From Laetmonice hystrix (taxonomy: Eukaryota), in NCBI GenBank assembly GCA_965235115.1, contig OZ249436.1, forward strand, positions 34,412,001 to 34,472,000: 60,000 nt of DNA, written 5' to 3'. Below, piece by piece: positions 53,307 to 60,000 of the stretch. The notes beneath the pieces were generated by a model. It was not told the origin of the DNA and made no database searches. It saw only the letters and a program-made list of their open reading frames with translations. Each line of letters starts with the position of its first letter. Position 1 is the stretch's first letter. Made by a program: the position numbers and the translations under genes.

Positions 53307-53345
53307 CTGATATTATATCATTTCGTTATTTCCATCCAGGTAAGT
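53307..53345 (+). other. Juxtaposed 3' and 5' splice signals (candidate recursive splice site)
   Basis: ctgat (branch-like, A at 53310), then tatcatttcgttatttccatcCAG|GTAAGT with the junction at 53339/53340. Confidence 0.35.
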
Positions 53346-55196
53346 GTATTGTTTTGGACGATTGGTATTCTTTCAACAAAGGAAACAACTGTATATGTAA
53401 TATAATATAGGGTCATGCTAGCCAGGCAAGGTGCTGCATTATATGAACAATAAACCTGCCCTAACAATGTAGTGGCACTGTGTGTCAGGGATTTGTCTTC
53501 GAATGCGATTTCTTTTATTATGTTTAGGGCTTGCCATGGTAATAATCATCTTCTCAGTGAAAGAATTATTCTGACATAATGCATGCCATGTGACTCTCTT
53601 ACTAAACTTTATGTTGTTGGCCTGCTTCGACAAGACAATCAGATTGTATGTCATTAATCTGGGTATAACATAACCGCATTCGGTATAGATAAAAGTGATG
53701 GTCTACGAGAGTAATACGTCCCAGTGTATATATGTGTGGCAAAAATCACTCCATGCGTGTCATGGAACTTTCTCGGTAAAGAAATTACGCCATGCGTGAC
53801 ATAAACCTTTCTCTAGAAACATTCACTTACTTTGAAATGTGATAAAAAAATTTCAGGAATCTATCATTCCACACGAAATGGGCATTATTTATAAAGATAT
53901 CATTCCGTGTGTATCATGTGTATAAAGTGATCAATCCCTTTGTATTGTACTTTTTTTTCACATGCGTATAACTATAACTCCATGAGTTTTATATAAAACA
54001 ACTACTTTGTGTTTATCATCGACTTTGTATTATACAGACCTTAAATGTTCCAGCTATGAGAAAACGTCCCAAACTTTCATTAAAATATCAACATTAAAAG
54101 TTTAGTGGCCACACCTCTTGAAAATAATATGATGGGAGATTCATTGTACAATATAGTAGGCCTACTTATACCATTGTCGGTGGGGTTAGATGTTCTCTCT
54201 GTATAGTGCCAAGACACGTCATGAAATGTATGCAAATAAAGTCTTTTGGAGAAAGATGATTATGTATAAGATATCCCAATCGCCAAATATCGGAATCTGG
54301 AACATTTATCGACACGTGTCTCTCACCTCAAGGACCGAATGTGGCAAGTAAAAGCTTAGGTTTGATACATTCCAATGTCCCTCTATTCCAATATCTTATC
54401 GTACTTTCCTTTACCGAGCCACATTTGACATCCTTGGCACGACTGATAACATTGTGTCTATGTTTATGGCTTTTTAGTGGGTCTTCAGATGACTCCCATG
54501 CCCTCACGAAAGGACACGAAAAAACAGTCCCATGTACAATTCACTTTTATACCACCAGCCCAAAGTCTCTTAATCCCAGGGGGATTCCCCATCTTGGAAT
54601 CCACTGCTTTAATAAAAAAAAAAATTTAATTTGCCAAATGTATAATAGAACCCAGTGTTTCCATTGCCTTGTGCTGAATTTGGAAATGTTGCTCGAATTC
54701 CGTATTGTGAGTTACATCATGTGTTGTACTAGACACGTGAGATCCCATAGGTCAGCAGAAATCGGCAGAGCGGGTTATTTATTTCTATTGGCTCCTGACG
54801 GATACCCTGCACTGTTCCTGTGTGATTTGGTTATCTCAACCGACGCAGGCCATCTACATTGTAATGAATCAAGCTGGTCATTATCAAGCTCTGTTTGTGT
54901 ACATGTGTGTGTGGAATCTATTTAAACATTGAGGTCTTTCCTCGCGTGTCTCTTTGCAGTGCTCCTTCCTATACGGGGGGGGGGGGGGGGGGTCCTGGGG
55001 TCTTTTTTTCCAAAATTTAATCGGGCATCATTACTAGAGCATGAGTTGAGTTGAGCTCTGCTGACGGGGTGCTCCAGGTTCGGTTAGATAAACTGATGCT
55101 CTGATTTGTTTGAATGTCACCCATGCGGTACACACATGTGGTCGCCAGACCCTCATGTTCCATCATTCAGTTCATTTCTCCAGCGAAAACTCCTTT

Positions 55197-55573
55197 GAGT
55201 GAGTGGGTGAATGAGTAAATTGGTGTTTAAGGACATGTCAGCAGTATTTCAGCCATACTCGGTACTAGAATACAATTATACTTGTTCCATCCAAGTATAC
55301 TTATAATACCTCCGAGGCCCGGGATGTAAGGATGTCCAGGGAGGTAGAAAGAAACCTGACACCGGGAGGCAGTCCTTTATTCTTTCTGAAAGTGTGGCAA
55401 GAGTTCTCTTATATCCACAGTACTATATACAATAATAGACATGGCACACAATTCAAAAGCTTTTCATGGCCCAGTTGTGGAGCACTGGGAAGGTCAATGA
55501 GAGAATAGTTCTGGAAGGATGCCAACTAATCCGTCCCAATGGAACGCTCAACCACTCACCAGCTCTCGCCCCG
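55197..55573 (-). mobile_element. Decayed tRNA-derived SINE with a Deu/Nin-domain-like centre
   Basis: Minus strand: head ggggcgagagctggtgagtggttgagcg (A-box-like); centre taagagaactcttgccacactttcagaaagaataaaggactgcctcccggtgtc, resembling the Deu/Nin domain; tail atggctgaaatactgctgacatgtccttaaacacc followed by (ACTC)n-like repeats. Based on recalled consensus. Confidence 0.55.
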
Positions 55574-58500
55574 TTTGTCGCCTCTTACCAACGACAAACG
55601 GTTTCTGGTGACACTTTTTTTACTCCTGGCCCACACTATGTTGTAAAGAAGGCGATTAATTGTCGCCATGATCTGTGCTAGGTTTTCATGGAGCGGTTAT
55701 GGAACCAATGTAATTTGGATTATATCTATTGGAATAATCTTATCTTTATATTTTTAATGTTTCCAAAGTATACAGTATATCGTTATGGAACAAAAATAAG
55801 TTCTAAGGAACAAAAGTCGTGAAATCTGACCTAAAGACTATATTTATGAAATATTACAAATAAATTGGTTTATTTTTTCATTATTTTCAATGTATTTTCA
55901 ATCTAATCAAAAGACTGATATCGTTTTGAGATTGACTGATTATCTCGATTTTTTTCGTGAGAAATGAGAAATTGTCCCATAAGGACCTTCTCTGCAAGCA
56001 ATTATAACCTTCAGCCCCATGACTTTATATAAAGCCATCACCAATCTTACGAGGTTGTTTTTCCCTCCAGAGCCTCCATGGCGATCGTGATATGTCGGGC
56101 TATCGATGGTACAAGATAAAGAATGCCATTTTGGAGGTACTTTAACCGTCAGGCCCAGGCCCAGTGCGCCTACTGCCTGCACCCTGGCTACCACCCCGGC
56201 GCCTTAAAGCGCTATTATTAAGACGTTTATCAAAATCGTACATAGGCACGATTGCAAAATGGCCACTATCGGCGGCTGCCCATTTAGACCTGCTTGCAGA
56301 TAGGGACAAAAGGTGGCGGGCAATGTTCTTAGTGTGATAACAATATTGCCTGTGATAGATCGGGGTGAGAACAAAAGCTTTTCCCCTCCACCATGACCAA
56401 CAGCCAGGCAAGCGCACGGTTGACTTTTGATTTACTTTGTAAAAGTTGTCTGACAGACTCCGAACTCTGGTTGTGGCTTGCTGACATGGGCCCAGCTCAG
56501 CGCGTCGATAGCCCCGGGCCCACTCACTCCAGCGTCCATTGTTCTTGCCGCACACGACGCGCAATCAATAAAGCAATTTATGGGATTATTTGCAATATTG
56601 CGATATGTTGTTTTTAGCCGAACAGAAGTATCTTCGCGAGAGTGTACTTAATTCGGTAAGATAAGGCCAAAGTGTGGTAATCCGTCAACTAAATAAATCG
56701 CATGAGATGCGACGTGCCGAACCGGGCATGACGTAAGGCCAATGGTGGCAGCGCTGTGCTGGGCCACCGTAAACTTTGGCTGGTCGTTCGGCGGTCGATT
56801 GGCTCGAGCCAAGGTCTGTCGTCTGATGAGGAACCCGGACCCAAAGACGTCGAACGGCATTGAGGCAGTCCTCAACATTGTGCGCTTTTAATGAACTTTT
56901 ATTGACCGTAGAAACAGGAGCTTTGAATACTTGCTCCGGCTTGGGGGGGGGGGGGGGGGGAAAGAGGAGGGGGGGGGGGTAAGTGGAGGTAGGGAGGGGA
57001 ATTGCGGGCGATGGGGGCCGCCGCAAGTTGCTGCGAAGGCTGATCTGACGCGGATCGTCAGGCGATTTAAAGTGATGTCATGGCTTGGCGTTACCAAGCC
57101 ATTACACCATCTACGACCACAAATTGGAGTTCTATTAACCACCCAGGGCCGGCAATGCTTTCCCCCGATTCCCAGTTTCTGATTTATATTCATCCCTTCC
57201 AGTATTTTTTTTGTCTCCGTTGTGGCCGCCTACCATAATGGGAGCGACGGTGCAAGAGCAGGGTGAGGCTCATTTGTAGGCCCCTAATCAGTTCCCAGGG
57301 GGAGGGTCGGCCGAGGTGACGTGGTTTGAATTACACCACCATTACGCCACTAGTCCTTTACGACATATGTATGGGACGTCTCTACACCATTTCCCCATTC
57401 ATCACCTAACATGTCCCCTCCCTGAAAAGGGAAACGCGAACGGTCACTATTTTTTAGGCCGGTCACCCCACACCCCACGTCCACAGAATGACGGCGATAA
57501 GACAAAGACGGAAGCACCCATCGCTGACCAAGTCCTGCGTTATGCTGATCGCCACCTTCAATGTCGTCTGCTCAGGTTGCGGTAATATTATCGACAGCGC
57601 CAGCATAAATCTGGCGGTCGACTCTAGCCGTTCATTAGGCCGCCGGATAAGCGCAGCCGGTGCACTTTTGTTTTGTACAAATCTAGACAAATTGACGTCG
57701 GATGAGTCACGACAGAACCGTCGTTTGTCAGCAGCGTGCTTTGCTGTCAGGACGATGGGTGCCGAGGCGAGGGCTGCATGGCTCTGCACCCCCCTCCCCA
57801 ACCACCACCGCCTCCACTCCCCCCTTGTCCTGTTTGTCCCACAACTGCCGCTGTCCCCATGGACAGGTCATTTATTTTCCCGCGCCTAAATACGGGACTT
57901 GAAAGGCCTGCTGCTTCCTCCCATCCCAAGCGTTCACCTATGGTCCAGGAGGGGACCCGTGACAAGGTACATACCCCCTCCCCCTAACCCACCCTACCCC
58001 CACCCCCAGTAGGCCAAAGGAACTCACAGGTCCCGTTTGTAGGTCATTGCAGGGGCGCGCATATAAAAATTGATTTTTTTTTCAAACCTTATGAATTTTT
58101 TATTTGTTGATGAGGAGGACGTCTTGAAAGAATACCTACCACTCAGAAGTATATTTACCCATGTCGATTATATAGGCTACACACGGCATTATGGCTAACG
58201 ATCAAGTGGTATGTATAAATATTTAGCAATAATATAACATGGTAAGCGGCCATGTATTTTTTAGCATGTCAGCAGTGTCTGGTTAACCTTGGTCCCCTAT
58301 CATATTCCAAAAAATAAATTGAATGAATAAATAAAATGATGACTCTAAACAAAAATAAACAGAGGAGTAGAGCGGAAAATGCAATCTTAGAGATGATTAT
58401 CTTCCAGGTGGAAATTAATCGATGCCCCAGTCTTAACAACATGATCGATGTTCAATATACATACCTCAGACTAATTAAAAACAAGTGCTTCATTTTATTT

Positions 58501-60000
58501 AGTCAGTGAAGTGTCAAAGTATAGAGACACGAGACCCCGAGGAATCCTAAGGACATGAACCGTATTCAGATCACAAAAGTTCAGGCCAAAAGCGGCTAGG
58601 TTAATTGTGTGCGTGCCGAGGGTCGCTTATTCCCCCCTTTACAAAATATTGGCCTATGAATATAGACAAGCCGACTCGGAAACAATGCTGGGTGGGCAAT
58701 GTCGCATAGGTTATTTCTCCCTTCCATAGGGCATCAAAAGACAATCGTTAGTCTGTTTTTAACTCTGGAGAGCCGGCAGGAAATAGCTTGCACCAGAGGA
58801 GCACGTTCGACCTGTTGACATTGGGTCACGGTCTGCTGGAGGCGACGCACTGGTGGCGCCCCCTGTAAACATGTGTGCTCGGGGGGCGCTGACCTTGACA
58901 GTCCCGCGGCCGACCGGGCCCGCGGCCACTAGTCAGCGACAGTCCACACCTCACACTGCCAACAGCACACCAGGACACCTTTTTATAAAAAAAATAATTT
59001 TATGTGATTTTGCTTGCGACAGTTCGGACTGCGGTGCATGTGCCCTTTGGGCCCAGAGAGCACGCCATGATTTCTTTATAAGGCGTTCACCTCGTCCTTT
59101 GACCAGGTGATGTGGCACCTCATGGCGCTCGTATTCAGTTGTAAACTATTTAGTTCCAAGGTCACGTTCGGCGGGGTCTGCCCTGGACCTGTCCCGGTGG
59201 GGTCCCTCGCATAGATGTCATGGTGACAGCAGGCACAGACAGTTAGATTGACCTGGCTTTAGGCCATAACTTCACAGTTTCATATTCTGACCTGGAATCT
59301 AACAGGACAGGAAGAGATAGTTAGATGATTGGTATGTGTTAAAGAATGCATGGATATTAACGGTCGTATAAAAAATATAATGTATCATATTTCAAATGAG
59401 GATTGGGGTGGGCTTCGATCTCTTTGATAGGTTTAAAAAACAATTAGGGGCTAATTAGGACAATATCCTACCATACTAATTTAGTGTCGCCATCCCTTGC
59501 ATAATATTATGTTGGTGACATAGCCAGACAGCCTTGATCATCTATCTTATAATATATAACCCTTGTCTTGTCATACTGGGGTTCTTTGTATACGCAATCA
59601 TTATACCCTCCAATATCGGCCAGAGCTAAGATTAAAGGCCTAGATTTCAGAGGGGGCAACTAATTCCATCCCAGTTCACAGACTCCAACCGTCACATGAA
59701 GATCGCTTCGAGCATAGGAAAGTTGTTGGCGACTTATTGTCCTTTTGAGTGCATGCACCGGCTTGATCATGGCAAGGGCCTGGCTCTGATGAGGTTTAAC
59801 TTCGGCAAATTGGGGTGAGGGGGAGGCGAACTTAGAACGCTACAGTTCGACCGCTTGCCCTGGGGGGGCTCAACCATCAGCATAGATTTTTTTCCTCCTC
59901 ATACTTTTTCTCTCGGTCACTCACCCGCTTTCCTACTCACTCATTCTCTGTATGTAAATAACACGCAGAGCGGCGTTAATTTCATTCAGCGACAAAGAAT

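Noticed and set aside
5670..54959. Other isolated plus-strand acceptor-like sites (near 5704, 15064, 18801, 40194, 54959)
   Set aside because: None pairs with a good donor and an open frame, and such sites are expected by chance in 60 kb

Overview
This window looks like metazoan nuclear DNA, probably invertebrate and possibly lophotrochozoan (inferred from undepleted CpG and from SINE remnants resembling Meta- and Deu/Nin-domain families). It is essentially non-coding. None of the listed ORFs has a recognisable protein domain, and the longest are artefacts of simple or tandem repeats. I found no rRNA, intact tRNA, CRISPR array or prokaryotic system. Well supported: large tandem arrays (GA-rich tract 23.7-24.3 kb, 49-bp satellite 31.7-34.1 kb, ~1.2-kb CTG/CTA tract 38.8-40.0 kb, ~80-bp minisatellite 42.6-46.8 kb). 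Also well supported: several non-autonomous TIR elements, including a 1110-bp element with a TA target duplication inside the 49-bp satellite, a 135-bp TTAA-flanked MITE, a long foldback and a PIF/Harbinger-like MITE. Two decayed SINEs are moderately supported. Many GC/CpG-rich islands alternate with AT-rich spacers, as in a gene desert or giant intron of a developmental locus. More speculative: isolated splice signals suggest a plus-strand unit (possible first exon ~24.4-24.6 kb, candidate recursive splice site at 53.34 kb) and a minus-strand unit (exons starting at 49012 and 1468), and there is a pre-miRNA-sized hairpin at 6.75 kb. The sequence alone does not support a claim of a new biological system.
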